Part shown: piece after piece, positions 1 through 9,952 of the stretch | How the letters are laid out: every line of letters starts with the position of its first letter | Numbering within the stretch: the stretch's first letter is position 1 | DNA from: Candidatus Saccharimonadota bacterium | Lineage (GTDB): Bacteria > Bacteroidota > Bacteroidia > Flavobacteriales > Blattabacteriaceae | DNA: 32,000 nucleotides | Assembly: GCF_014251775.1 (NCBI RefSeq) | Contig: NZ_CP059199.1 | Span: 390,001-422,000, forward strand | Direction of reading: 5' to 3' | Program-made: the position numbers and the translations under genes | Notes under the pieces: model-generated | Told to the model about the DNA's origin: nothing | The model's database searches: none | The model's input: only the letters and a program-made list of their open reading frames with translations

Positions 1-216
1 GTAAAAGAAATTAAAAATATTTATGAAAAATATAATTTCAATACTAAAATACTAGCTGCATCAATAAGAAACCCCATACATATTATAGAATGTGCAAAAA
101 TTGGTGTACATGCAATTACATCTCCTTTAAAAGTAATTTATTCATTATTAGATCATCCTTTAACAAAAATAGGATTAAAAAAATTTTTAAATGATTTTAA
201 TCAAAAATTTCTTTAG
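1..216 (+). CDS. tal: Transaldolase / fructose-6-phosphate aldolase family protein, C-terminal fragment (5' end lies outside the window)
   Basis: Frame 1 is open from base 1 to TAG at 214-216. The translation VKEIKNIYEKYNFNTKILAASIRNPIHIIECAKIGVHAITSPLKVIYSLLDHPLTKIGLKKFLNDF resembles the C-terminus of short (type 3B/Fsa) transaldolases as I recall them. Confidence 0.75.
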   Translation, partial: VKEIKNIYEKYNFNTKILAASIRNPIHIIECAKIGVHAITSPLKVIYSLLDHPLTKIGLKKFLNDFNQKFL

Positions 217-243
217 AATTTTAAATTCAATACTAATGTTAAA

Positions 244-570
244 TTAAATTTTTACTTTATTATCTAATAAATATTGAATTGCTATCGATGTAGGTTTAGG
301 AAGATTTTCATAAAATTTAGATAATTCTATTTGTTCTTTATTTTCAAATATTTCTTCCAAAGAACCATTATCCCTATCTGTAAAATTAAAGTCTTCTAAT
401 TTTTTATACAAATCTGATTTTATTAAATTATCTATTTTTTGACTTATCTTATCTAAGATACAAATTGTACAAAATATATTTTTTCCAGTTAATTTTTCTA
501 AATAAATTTTATCTATTATTTCAGTATTTAACGGTGCCTTACTAATATAATCTATATTTAGATCATTCAT
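244..570 (-). CDS. rpoZ: DNA-directed RNA polymerase subunit omega (Bacteroidetes-type, about 108 aa)
   Basis: The C-terminal SLEEIFENKEQIELSKFYENLPKPTSIAIQYLLDNK matches the flavobacterial omega motif as I recall it. It lies immediately downstream of bamD, which I recall as the usual flavobacterial arrangement. Confidence 0.6.
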   Translation of the reverse strand: MNDLNIDYISKAPLNTEIIDKIYLEKLTGKNIFCTICILDKISQKIDNLIKSDLYKKLEDFNFTDRDNGSLEEIFENKEQIELSKFYENLPKPTSIAIQYLLDNKVKI

Positions 571-1171
571 TTTCGATTAATTTTTTATATAAATATCTTA
601 ATTCCTTAGCATTAGCAGAATTAGGATAATTTTTTATATATTCTTTATAAAATTCAAAAAAATCTTTAACCTTATCAAGGTTATATTTAGATATACAAAT
701 TTTATATAAAATTTCTTCTTTAAAAATACTATGAGGAAAATAAATTAAAAAATTTTGAAAATAAATAACAGCTGATTCATAACGATGTAAAGAAAAATAT
801 AATTTAGATCTATTATATTCTTCATTTTCTAATTTATAATATAAATTATAAATCATTCTATTTACTTCTTGAAATTTACTACTATTTGGATAACTTTTCA
901 AAAAAAAATTAAATTTTTTAATTGCTACTCTCATATAAATTAAATCTAAATCATTATTTAATAAATATAAATAGTAATTTAATACATTTCTAAATAATAA
1001 TTTTTCGTTTTCTTTATTTACTTTATTTTTTTTATCTATTATATTATCAGTATTAGTATTAGAATGATTATTGATCCTTTTCAATTTTTTTTTATTCATT
1101 ATTAAATAATAAATAATATAAAAAAATAATAAAAATATAAATAACAATAATATTATTAATTTTGAATTCAT
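563..1171 (-). CDS. bamD: Outer membrane protein assembly factor BamD (TPR protein), N-terminally reduced
   Basis: AIKKFNFFLKSYPNSSKF...YNRSKLYFSLHRYESAVIYFQNFLIYFPHSIFKEEILYKICISKYNL aligns with the central and C-terminal TPRs of flavobacterial BamD/YfiO. The N-terminus is hydrophobic. The protein is 202 aa, against roughly 260-290 aa typically. Confidence 0.75.
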   Translation of the reverse strand: MNSKLIILLLFIFLLFFYIIYYLIMNKKKLKRINNHSNTNTDNIIDKKNKVNKENEKLLFRNVLNYYLYLLNNDLDLIYMRVAIKKFNFFLKSYPNSSKFQEVNRMIYNLYYKLENEEYNRSKLYFSLHRYESAVIYFQNFLIYFPHSIFKEEILYKICISKYNLDKVKDFFEFYKEYIKNYPNSANAKELRYLYKKLIENE

Positions 1172-1176
1172 TATAT

Positions 1177-1680
1177 TTATTTTTTAAAATTAGATTTTAC
1201 TTCTTGGTCAAAAATATATAATCCAGTTTTAGAATCTCCTATTAATTTAATCTTATCTAAAAAACTTTTAATTAATATTTCTTCTTCCATTTGTTCTTTT
1301 ATATACCACTGTAAAAAATCATATGTAAAAAAATCTTTTTCTTGTAAAGATAATTCAACAAGAAAATTAATATTTTTAGATATTATTCTTTCATGATAAA
1401 AAATTTCTTGAAAAATTTCTTCTAAAGAATTAGAATTATTATTATTGTTAATAACAATATTATTTATTGTAACTAAACATCCTCTTTTATTAAGATATTT
1501 CATTAATTTTAACATATGTTTTCTTTCTTCTTCTGAATGATCATATAAAAAACATGATATTCCTTCAAATCCATTTACTTCTGTCCATGAAGCCATATTC
1601 AAATATAATTGGGATGATTCTAATTCTTTATTTAATTGTTTAATTAATTCTATTCTTATTTTTTCTTTTAATTTAAACAT
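1177..1680 (-). CDS. ftnA: Ferritin (non-heme iron storage)
   Basis: LNKELESSQLYLNMASWTEVNGFEGISCFLYDHSEEERKHMLKLMKYLNKRG is a typical ferritin di-iron four-helix-bundle N-terminal half; the 167 aa length fits. Confidence 0.85.
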   Translation of the reverse strand: MFKLKEKIRIELIKQLNKELESSQLYLNMASWTEVNGFEGISCFLYDHSEEERKHMLKLMKYLNKRGCLVTINNIVINNNNNSNSLEEIFQEIFYHERIISKNINFLVELSLQEKDFFTYDFLQWYIKEQMEEEILIKSFLDKIKLIGDSKTGLYIFDQEVKSNFKK

Positions 1681-1691
1681 TACTAAATAGC

Positions 1692-2609
1692 TTAATGATT
1701 ATAATGCAAATTAATTTTTTTTAAATAATTTCGCATATTTTTTTCTAATGTACATGACCCTATTAATAAAGGTAATCTTACATAAGGATTACATATTCCT
1801 ATTATATTTAATAAAGTTTTTATTCCAGTTGGATTTCCTTCTTTATAAATTAAGTCAATTATATCTATCAATTTATAAAAAATTGAAAAAGATTTATTTA
1901 TTTTATTTTCTATAGCTAAATTAATCATTTCAGATATCTGTTTAGGGAAACCTTGAGCTATTACTGATATTACACTATCTCCTCCACCTAAAATAATAGG
2001 AACGGTTAAAAAATCGTCTCCAGATATGACACTAAAATTAGATATTTTATTTTTTAAAATTCTATAGGATTGCAATATATTTCCGGATGCTTCTTTTATA
2101 CCTATTATATTTTTTCTAAAATCATTAGCCAAACGTAATACTGTTTCCGGTAAAATATTTGATCCAGTTCTTTTGGGGACATTATAAATAATTAATTTAA
2201 TATTAGTATTTTCTACTATAGTTTTATAATGTTTATATATTCCATTTTGGGATGGATTATTATAATATGGAGATACTGATAAAACAGCATAAAAATCAGA
2301 TAAATTTTTTATATTTATTACTTGTTCTATAACATTTCTTGTATTATTATCTCCAATTCCAATTATTAATGGTACTTTCTTAAAATTTGCGGATTTTATA
2401 CATTCAACTATGTCTCTTTTTTCTTCTATTCTAAGAGTAGAAGTTTCAGCTGTAGTCCCTAATGTAACCAAATAATTAACATTATTTCTTATTACAAATT
2501 TTACCAAATTCTCCAATCCATTAAAATCAATACTTCCATTTTTTTTAAAGGGGGTTATTAAAGCTACACCAGTTCCATACAATTTTTCCATATAATTATC
2601 ACTTAGCAT
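1692..2609 (-). CDS. dapA: 4-hydroxy-tetrahydrodipicolinate synthase
   Basis: GTGVALITPF...VNYLVTLGTTAE...IKEASGN are DapA-family hallmarks. Length is 305 aa. The true start may be the in-frame ATG at 2591 (MEKLYGTGVALITPF). Confidence 0.93.
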   Translation of the reverse strand: MLSDNYMEKLYGTGVALITPFKKNGSIDFNGLENLVKFVIRNNVNYLVTLGTTAETSTLRIEEKRDIVECIKSANFKKVPLIIGIGDNNTRNVIEQVINIKNLSDFYAVLSVSPYYNNPSQNGIYKHYKTIVENTNIKLIIYNVPKRTGSNILPETVLRLANDFRKNIIGIKEASGNILQSYRILKNKISNFSVISGDDFLTVPIILGGGDSVISVIAQGFPKQISEMINLAIENKINKSFSIFYKLIDIIDLIYKEGNPTGIKTLLNIIGICNPYVRLPLLIGSCTLEKNMRNYLKKINLHYNH

Positions 2610-2962
2610 TTCAATCTTAGCATTTCAATATAATCAACGGATGAAGATTCATATTAATTAAAAATATTTTTATTTTTGCTTTTCTATTTTAAAAAAAAAC
2701 ATAATAATATTTAATCCATATAATTTTTAATTATTATTTATTATATAATAAAATTCATTATGTTAATTATTTCTTCAATTTTTAGAACAAATTTAGAAAA
2801 AAATTACCATAAAATTAAAGAAAAAAAATAATATAAGTAATTCATTTTAATTAATAATTTATTAAGAAAATATGTAGATAAATAATTAGAAATTATAATT
2901 ATTATATAAATTAAAATTTATAATTTTTCATTTTTTTAAGCATTTAAGTTATAAAGTTATTC

Positions 2963-4138
2963 ATGAAAAATTTTTTTATTATTTCATCGTTATTAGATAA
3001 TGATTTTTATAAGTTTACAATGCAAAATGCTATTATAAAACTTTTTCCATTAGTAAAAGCTAAATATGAATTTATTAATAGAGGAAAGTATTTTTTTCCA
3101 AAAAATTTTTCTAAAATTTTAGAAGAAAATTTAAATAATATGGCATATTTAAAGCTTTCAAATGATGAAAAAAAATATTTAGAAAAATATTGTCCTTATT
3201 TAGATAAATCTTATATAGATTTTTTAGATAAATATCAATTTAATCCTAAAGAAGTAAAAATTTTTCAAAAAGGAACCTCTATTAAAATGAACATAGAAGG
3301 ACTATGGTATAGAACTATACTATGGGAAGTACCTTTAATGGCTATTATTTCTGAATTATATTATAAATTAACAGGAACAAAACCATTTTCTGATAAAAAA
3401 ATACAGATTTTAACCAAAGAAAAAATAAAAAAATATAAAAAATTAAAGGTAAAAATTGGAGAATATGGAACTAGAAGAAGATATTCTTTTAATGTACATA
3501 AATTAGTATTAAATCTTTTAGTAGAAGAAGCAAAACCAATTTTTGTTGGTAGCAGCAATATTTATTTATCTAAATTTTTCTCCATAAAACCTATAGGGAC
3601 TCAAGGACATGAATGGATTATGTTTCACGCTGCTAAATATGGATTTAATTTAGCTGATCAAATTGCCATGGAAAATTGGTTAAATATATATAATGATAAA
3701 TTAGGAATAGCATTATCTGATACATATACTTCTAAAATTTTTTTTAAAAATTTTAATGAAAAGTTATCTAATATTTATTTAGGCATTAGGCATGATAGCG
3801 GTGATCCAATTTCTTTTATAAAAGAAACTATAAAACATTATAAAAAGTTTAAAATTAATCCTAATAAAAAAAAAATTATATTTTCAGATAATTTAAATCC
3901 ATATAAAGTACAATATATATCAAAATTTTGTAAAAATAAAATAATACCTATTTTTGGAATAGGAACAAATTTTACGAATGATGTGGGGTTACCTTCTATG
4001 AAGATTGTAATAAAAATGACAAAAATATTTTTAAGAAAAAAATGGATATCAGTAGTAAAACTTTCTAATTCAAAAGAAAAATCTACTGGAGAAAAAAAAA
4101 TGATTTTTATAGCAAAAAAAATGCTCAGTTTATTATAA
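2963..4138 (+). CDS. pncB: Nicotinate phosphoribosyltransferase
   Basis: LLDNDFYKFTMQNAI at the N-terminus, plus EYGTRRR, GTQGHEW and IRHDSGD, are PncB signatures; 391 aa. Confidence 0.9.
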   Translation: MKNFFIISSLLDNDFYKFTMQNAIIKLFPLVKAKYEFINRGKYFFPKNFSKILEENLNNMAYLKLSNDEKKYLEKYCPYLDKSYIDFLDKYQFNPKEVKIFQKGTSIKMNIEGLWYRTILWEVPLMAIISELYYKLTGTKPFSDKKIQILTKEKIKKYKKLKVKIGEYGTRRRYSFNVHKLVLNLLVEEAKPIFVGSSNIYLSKFFSIKPIGTQGHEWIMFHAAKYGFNLADQIAMENWLNIYNDKLGIALSDTYTSKIFFKNFNEKLSNIYLGIRHDSGDPISFIKETIKHYKKFKINPNKKKIIFSDNLNPYKVQYISKFCKNKIIPIFGIGTNFTNDVGLPSMKIVIKMTKIFLRKKWISVVKLSNSKEKSTGEKKMIFIAKKMLSLL

Positions 4139-4157
4139 AATAATTTTTACTATTAAT

Positions 4158-5540
4158 ATGAAAATAGAGTCCAAAAATATAGAAAAATCAAGTTATATTC
4201 AAAAAAAAAGTTTTTATATTAAAAATTATGGATGTCAAATGAATCTTTCTGATAGCGATATAATTACATCTATTTTATTAAAAAACGGATTTTACTTATC
4301 AAATAATATTAAAGATGCAAATATTATTTTATTTAATTCTTGTTCAATTAGAGAAAAACCAGAAATAATTTTAAAAAATCATATAGAAGAATTAAAATAT
4401 TTAAAAAAAAATGGAGTTTTATTTGGAGTTTTAGGATGTTTTTCAAAAAAATTTAAAGATTCTTTATTAAAAAAATCTAAGATAGATTTTTTTATAAAAC
4501 CTAATTCATATAAAATAATACCTAACATTATTATTTCTTTAAAAAAAGGGAAAAAAGATAAAATTCATTATAATAATTATCATCATCAAAATAACAGCAG
4601 CGAATCTTATGAAGATATTACACCGTATAGAATAAAAAATAAAAGTATAACTACATTTTTAAGTATAATAAGAGGATGTAATAATATGTGTACTTTTTGT
4701 ATTGTTCCTTTTACAAGAGGTAGAGAGTTGAGTATTAATCCCGATTATATAATTAAAGAATGTTATAAATTATATAAAAAGGGATATAAAGAAGTAGTTT
4801 TACTAGGACAAAATGTAAATTCTTATAAATGGAACAATAATAATAAAGATCAAACAATAAATTTTGCTAATCTATTAAAAATTATAGCTGAAAATTTTCC
4901 TAAAATAAGAATTCGTTTTACTACATCTAATCCACATGATATGTCTGATGATGTTTTAATAACCATAAGTAAATATAATAATATATGTAAACATATTCAT
5001 TTACCAGTTCAATCAGGTAGCAATAAAATTCTTAAATTGATGAATAGAAAATATTCACGTGAAAATTATCTATTTTTAATTAAAAAAATCAGAAATATCA
5101 TTCCTAATTGTTCTATATCACATGATATAATGATAGGATTTTGCAATGAAAACGAAAAAGACCATTTAGATACCATAAGTTTAATGAATAAGGTTAAATA
5201 TAATTATGGATATATGTTTTCTTATTCGCCTAGACCAGGTACTTATGCTGATAAAAAATTAATTGACAATGTTCCTAAATATATAAAAAAAAGAAGATTA
5301 AAAGAAATAATAACATTACAAAAAGAACATTCTTTATTTAGAATGAATGAATTTTTAGGAAAAAATCAAGAAATATTAATAGAAGGAGAATCTAAAAAAA
5401 ATCACGAACATTGGTACGGAAGAAATTCACAAAATTTAGTGGTAGTTTTTCCAAAAAAAAAACATTTAAAAATAGGAGAATTGGTATTAGTCAATATAAT
5501 AAAATATACATCAGCTACATTGATAGGACATATTATTTAA
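4158..5540 (+). CDS. miaB: tRNA-2-methylthio-N6-dimethylallyladenosine synthase (radical SAM methylthiotransferase)
   Basis: UPF0004 N-domain YIKNYGCQMNLSDSD, radical-SAM cluster motif CNNMCTFCIVP and a C-terminal TRAM-like region; 460 aa. Confidence 0.93.
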   Translation: MKIESKNIEKSSYIQKKSFYIKNYGCQMNLSDSDIITSILLKNGFYLSNNIKDANIILFNSCSIREKPEIILKNHIEELKYLKKNGVLFGVLGCFSKKFKDSLLKKSKIDFFIKPNSYKIIPNIIISLKKGKKDKIHYNNYHHQNNSSESYEDITPYRIKNKSITTFLSIIRGCNNMCTFCIVPFTRGRELSINPDYIIKECYKLYKKGYKEVVLLGQNVNSYKWNNNNKDQTINFANLLKIIAENFPKIRIRFTTSNPHDMSDDVLITISKYNNICKHIHLPVQSGSNKILKLMNRKYSRENYLFLIKKIRNIIPNCSISHDIMIGFCNENEKDHLDTISLMNKVKYNYGYMFSYSPRPGTYADKKLIDNVPKYIKKRRLKEIITLQKEHSLFRMNEFLGKNQEILIEGESKKNHEHWYGRNSQNLVVVFPKKKHLKIGELVLVNIIKYTSATLIGHII

Positions 5541-5550
5541 ATAAAAAAAA

Positions 5551-6831
5551 ATGGAATCTATTCAAAATATAAAACAAAAATTTGGAATTATTGGGCATGA
5601 TTATGCCTTACATAGAGCATTAGAAAAATCTATTCAAGTAGCACCTACAGATATTTCTGTATTAGTTTTGGGAGAAAGTGGAGTTGGAAAAGAATTTATT
5701 CCAAAAATAATTCACCAATTTTCTTGTCGAAAACATAATTCTTATATTGCTATTAATTGTGGTGCAATTCCAGAAGGAACAATTGATAGCGAATTATTTG
5801 GTCATGAAAAAGGATCTTTTACTGGAGCCGTAAATACGCGAAAAGGTTATTTTGAAGTAGCTGATGGAGGTACTATATTTTTAGATGAAATTGGAGAATT
5901 GCCTTTAACTACACAAGTTCGTTTATTAAGAATTTTAGAATCTGGAGAATTTATTAAAGTAGGATCTTCCAAGATTCAGAAAACTAATATCCGTATTGTG
6001 GCAGCTACTAATATAAATATGTTAGAATCTATACAAAAAAGAAAATTTAGAGAAGATTTATATTATCGTCTAAATACAGTAGAAATAAAAATTCCTCCAT
6101 TAAGAAAACGTAAAAATGACATAAAATTTCTATTCGAGAAATTTTCTTATTTCTTTTCTGATAAATATAATATGCCTCCAATTAAATTTACTGAAGACTC
6201 TTTAAAATATATTGAAGATTATAATTGGCCGGGAAATATTAGACAATTAAAAAATTTAATTGAACAGATTTCTATATTAGAAACTGAAAGATATATAAGT
6301 TTAGAAAAATTAAAAGAATATATTCCAAATAATGTTCCATCATTATCATTAAAAAATAATCATATTAATCAATCATTTTTTCATAATTTTTCTAGCAGAG
6401 AAATAGATTTTATCTATAAAATATTATTTGATATGAAAAAAAGTTACAATGATTTGAAAAATATAGTATATCAATTAATAAAAAATAATTCAAATAATAG
6501 ATTTAATAGAGAAAACCAACATCTTATTTATCAAATTTTTGGAAGAAATATTATTGCTCAAACTCATTCAGATAAAAAAAGTAAAAATATCACTACTACT
6601 GAAAAAATTTTTCATCAAAATGATCATGGTATTGATCTAGAATATGAAGAAGTACAAAATAATTTATTAAAAAATAAAGATTATTTTGATTCATTTTCAT
6701 TGCAAAAAAAAGAAATTGAATTTATAAAAAAAGCTTTAAAAAAAAATAATGGAAAAAGAAAAAAAGCTGCAGAAGAACTAGGAATTTCAGAAAGGACATT
6801 ATACAGAAAAATAAAACAATATGGATTATAG
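5551..6831 (+). CDS. Sigma-54-dependent transcriptional activator (AAA+ plus Fis-type HTH) without an N-terminal sensor or receiver domain
   Basis: Walker A GESGVGKE is near residue 42. The sigma-54 contact loop is GSFTGA and Walker B is GGTIFLDEIGEL. Also present are WPGNIRQL and the C-terminal HTH AAEELGISERTLYRKIKQYG. The AAA+ domain begins within about 10 aa of the start. Confidence 0.85.
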   Translation: MESIQNIKQKFGIIGHDYALHRALEKSIQVAPTDISVLVLGESGVGKEFIPKIIHQFSCRKHNSYIAINCGAIPEGTIDSELFGHEKGSFTGAVNTRKGYFEVADGGTIFLDEIGELPLTTQVRLLRILESGEFIKVGSSKIQKTNIRIVAATNINMLESIQKRKFREDLYYRLNTVEIKIPPLRKRKNDIKFLFEKFSYFFSDKYNMPPIKFTEDSLKYIEDYNWPGNIRQLKNLIEQISILETERYISLEKLKEYIPNNVPSLSLKNNHINQSFFHNFSSREIDFIYKILFDMKKSYNDLKNIVYQLIKNNSNNRFNRENQHLIYQIFGRNIIAQTHSDKKSKNITTTEKIFHQNDHGIDLEYEEVQNNLLKNKDYFDSFSLQKKEIEFIKKALKKNNGKRKKAAEELGISERTLYRKIKQYGL

Positions 6832-7123
6832 ATTTATAAATTTCAACCAACATATTTTTAAAATAAACGATTTATATCGATTATATATTATAAATTTTAT
6901 TAGTTTTATTATTGTAATAATTTCTATTTTTTTTATATTAATAATCTTAATACAAAACCCGAAAAAGGAAAGTATTAATCAGTCTTTCATGGAAAAAAAT
7001 TTTAGATTTTTTGGAATCAAAAGAACTAATACATTTTTAGATAACATAACATGGTTATTATCTATAACTATATTAGTTCTTATTTTAATTTTTAATTTTT
7101 TATTAAAAAAAATTAATTATTAA
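6821..7123 (+). CDS. secG: Preprotein translocase subunit SecG (start uncertain)
   Basis: ILIQNPKKESINQSF...GIKRTNTFLDNITWLLSITILVLILIFNFLL matches the flavobacterial SecG pattern (VQNPKGGGL...KKTTDFLDKSTW plus a second TM helix). The first 20 or so codons extend beyond the usual SecG N-terminus, and the ATG overlaps the upstream gene by 11 nt. Confidence 0.7.
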   Translation: MDYRFINFNQHIFKINDLYRLYIINFISFIIVIISIFFILIILIQNPKKESINQSFMEKNFRFFGIKRTNTFLDNITWLLSITILVLILIFNFLLKKINY

Positions 7124-7184
7124 ACATGTCATAATGACATCTGACATTTTATTATAATTAATAAAAATATAAATAATTTTCAAT

Positions 7185-7201
7185 TTGGCATGTTTTTGGC
7201 T
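7185..7201 (+). promoter_or_regulatory. Candidate sigma-54 (-24/-12) promoter upstream of groES
   Basis: tTGGCATgtttttGGCt. GG at 7187-7188 and GC at 7199-7200 have the exact consensus spacing of YTGGCACGrNNNTTGCW, with two core mismatches. The element ends 37 nt upstream of the groES ATG. There is no experimental support. Confidence 0.35.
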
Positions 7202-7237
7202 CTAATATTAAAAGAATCGTAAAAAATTATTGAAATT

Positions 7238-7516
7238 ATGGTGGAAGTAAAAATTAAACCTTTATCCGATCGTGTTCTTGTGTTACCTGATCCGGCTGAA
7301 ACTAAAACATCATCTGGAATAATAATACCAGATACAGCAAAAGAAAAACCACAAAAAGGAACAGTAATAGCAATAGGAAAAGGAAAAAAGAACGAACCTA
7401 TGAATTTAAAAAAAGGTGATAGAGTTTTATATGGAAAATATTCTGGAACAGAATTAAAATGGGAAGGAGAAGAATATTTAATAATGCGTGAATCTGACAT
7501 TATAGCTATTATATAA
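7238..7516 (+). CDS. groES: Co-chaperonin GroES
   Basis: [42 protein letters not shown]...[13 protein letters not shown] is unmistakable Cpn10; 92 aa. Confidence 0.97.
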   Translation: MVEVKIKPLSDRVLVLPDPAETKTSSGIIIPDTAKEKPQKGTVIAIGKGKKNEPMNLKKGDRVLYGKYSGTELKWEGEEYLIMRESDIIAII

Positions 7517-7599
7517 ATGAAATGATATGATGTAATAAATTATTAATAATTTTATTACACAATAAATAATATTTAGATATTAATTTTAATTAAATTTAG

Positions 7600-9276
<1,677 letters not shown>

Positions 9277-9320
9277 TATATATTCCAATAATTTTATTTA
9301 CTTTATTATATTTTTTAAAT

Positions 9321-9353
9321 AAAAATAGTGTCATTTTGGACACTATTTTTTTT
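9321..9353. terminator. Bidirectional intrinsic terminator between convergent groEL and kdsC
   Basis: AAAAATAGTGTC (9321-9332), loop attttg, then GACACTATTTTT (9339-9350) form a perfect 12-bp stem. A T8 run follows on the plus strand, and the A-run gives a U-run for the minus strand. Confidence 0.7.
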
Positions 9354-9375
9354 ATATTTTATATATATCACTTTT

Positions 9376-9879
9376 TTATTCCCATTTTCCTTGAATTTTC
9401 ATTGTTTTTTCAATAACATCTCTAACACAACCGCGGCCACCTTTTTTTGAGGATATATACTTAGATATATCTTTCACTTCTTGTACTGCATCTATTGGTG
9501 AACATGGTAAGGCTACTTCCTTCATTATTTCAATATCAGGCATATCATCCCCCATATAAAGCACATTATTTTTGGAAATATTTATATTATTACAATATTT
9601 ATCCAAATAATTTTTTTTGTTAATTACTCCCTGATAAATATGACGAATATTTAATTTTCTTAATCTTTTAAATACCATTAAATCTGATCCTCCAGTAATA
9701 ACACATAAATTATATCCTTTATTATTAGCTATTTGAATAGCATAACCATCTTTAGCAAACATATGACGGACCATTTCTCCATTAGGAAATAAACTAAGCA
9801 CACAATTTGTTAATACTCCATCCACATCAAATATAAAAGTATTAATATCTTTCATTAGATCTATATATTTTCTCCTCAT
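9376..9879 (-). CDS. kdsC: 3-deoxy-D-manno-octulosonate 8-phosphate phosphatase (HAD-IIIA, KdsC family)
   Basis: HAD motif I FIFDVDGVLT, plus ITGG, MGDDMPDIEIM and the KdsC-like C-terminus GGRGCVRDVIE; 167 aa. Confidence 0.85.
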   Translation of the reverse strand: MRRKYIDLMKDINTFIFDVDGVLTNCVLSLFPNGEMVRHMFAKDGYAIQIANNKGYNLCVITGGSDLMVFKRLRKLNIRHIYQGVINKKNYLDKYCNNINISKNNVLYMGDDMPDIEIMKEVALPCSPIDAVQEVKDISKYISSKKGGRGCVRDVIEKTMKIQGKWE

Positions 9880-9952
9880 AATAAATCTAATTATCCCATT
9901 ATTTTAATCATTATTCATAAAAATAATAGTAATAATAATATGTTGTATTATA

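Noticed and set aside
2630-2962. Possible riboswitch or structured ncRNA in the long dapA-pncB spacer, for example a lysine riboswitch for dapA; the 16380-16763 spacer was considered likewise
   Set aside because: Neither spacer contains the G/C-containing conserved cores of known riboswitches, RNase P, SRP, tmRNA or 6S RNA. Both are nearly pure A/T with no extended complementary arms that I could find.
3361-3558. 65-aa minus-strand ORF from the ORF track
   Set aside because: It lies entirely antisense within the well-supported pncB CDS. Its composition is low-complexity and hydrophobic, as expected from reading an AT-rich gene backwards, and it has no recognisable similarity.
7124-7237. CIRCE/HrcA operator (TTAGCACTC-N9-GAGTGCTAA) upstream of groES
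   Set aside because: No sequence resembling CIRCE is present in either the groES or the groEL upstream spacer.
7180-7500. 106-aa minus-strand ORF
   Set aside because: It is antisense to groES, whose identity is unambiguous, so it is a shadow ORF.
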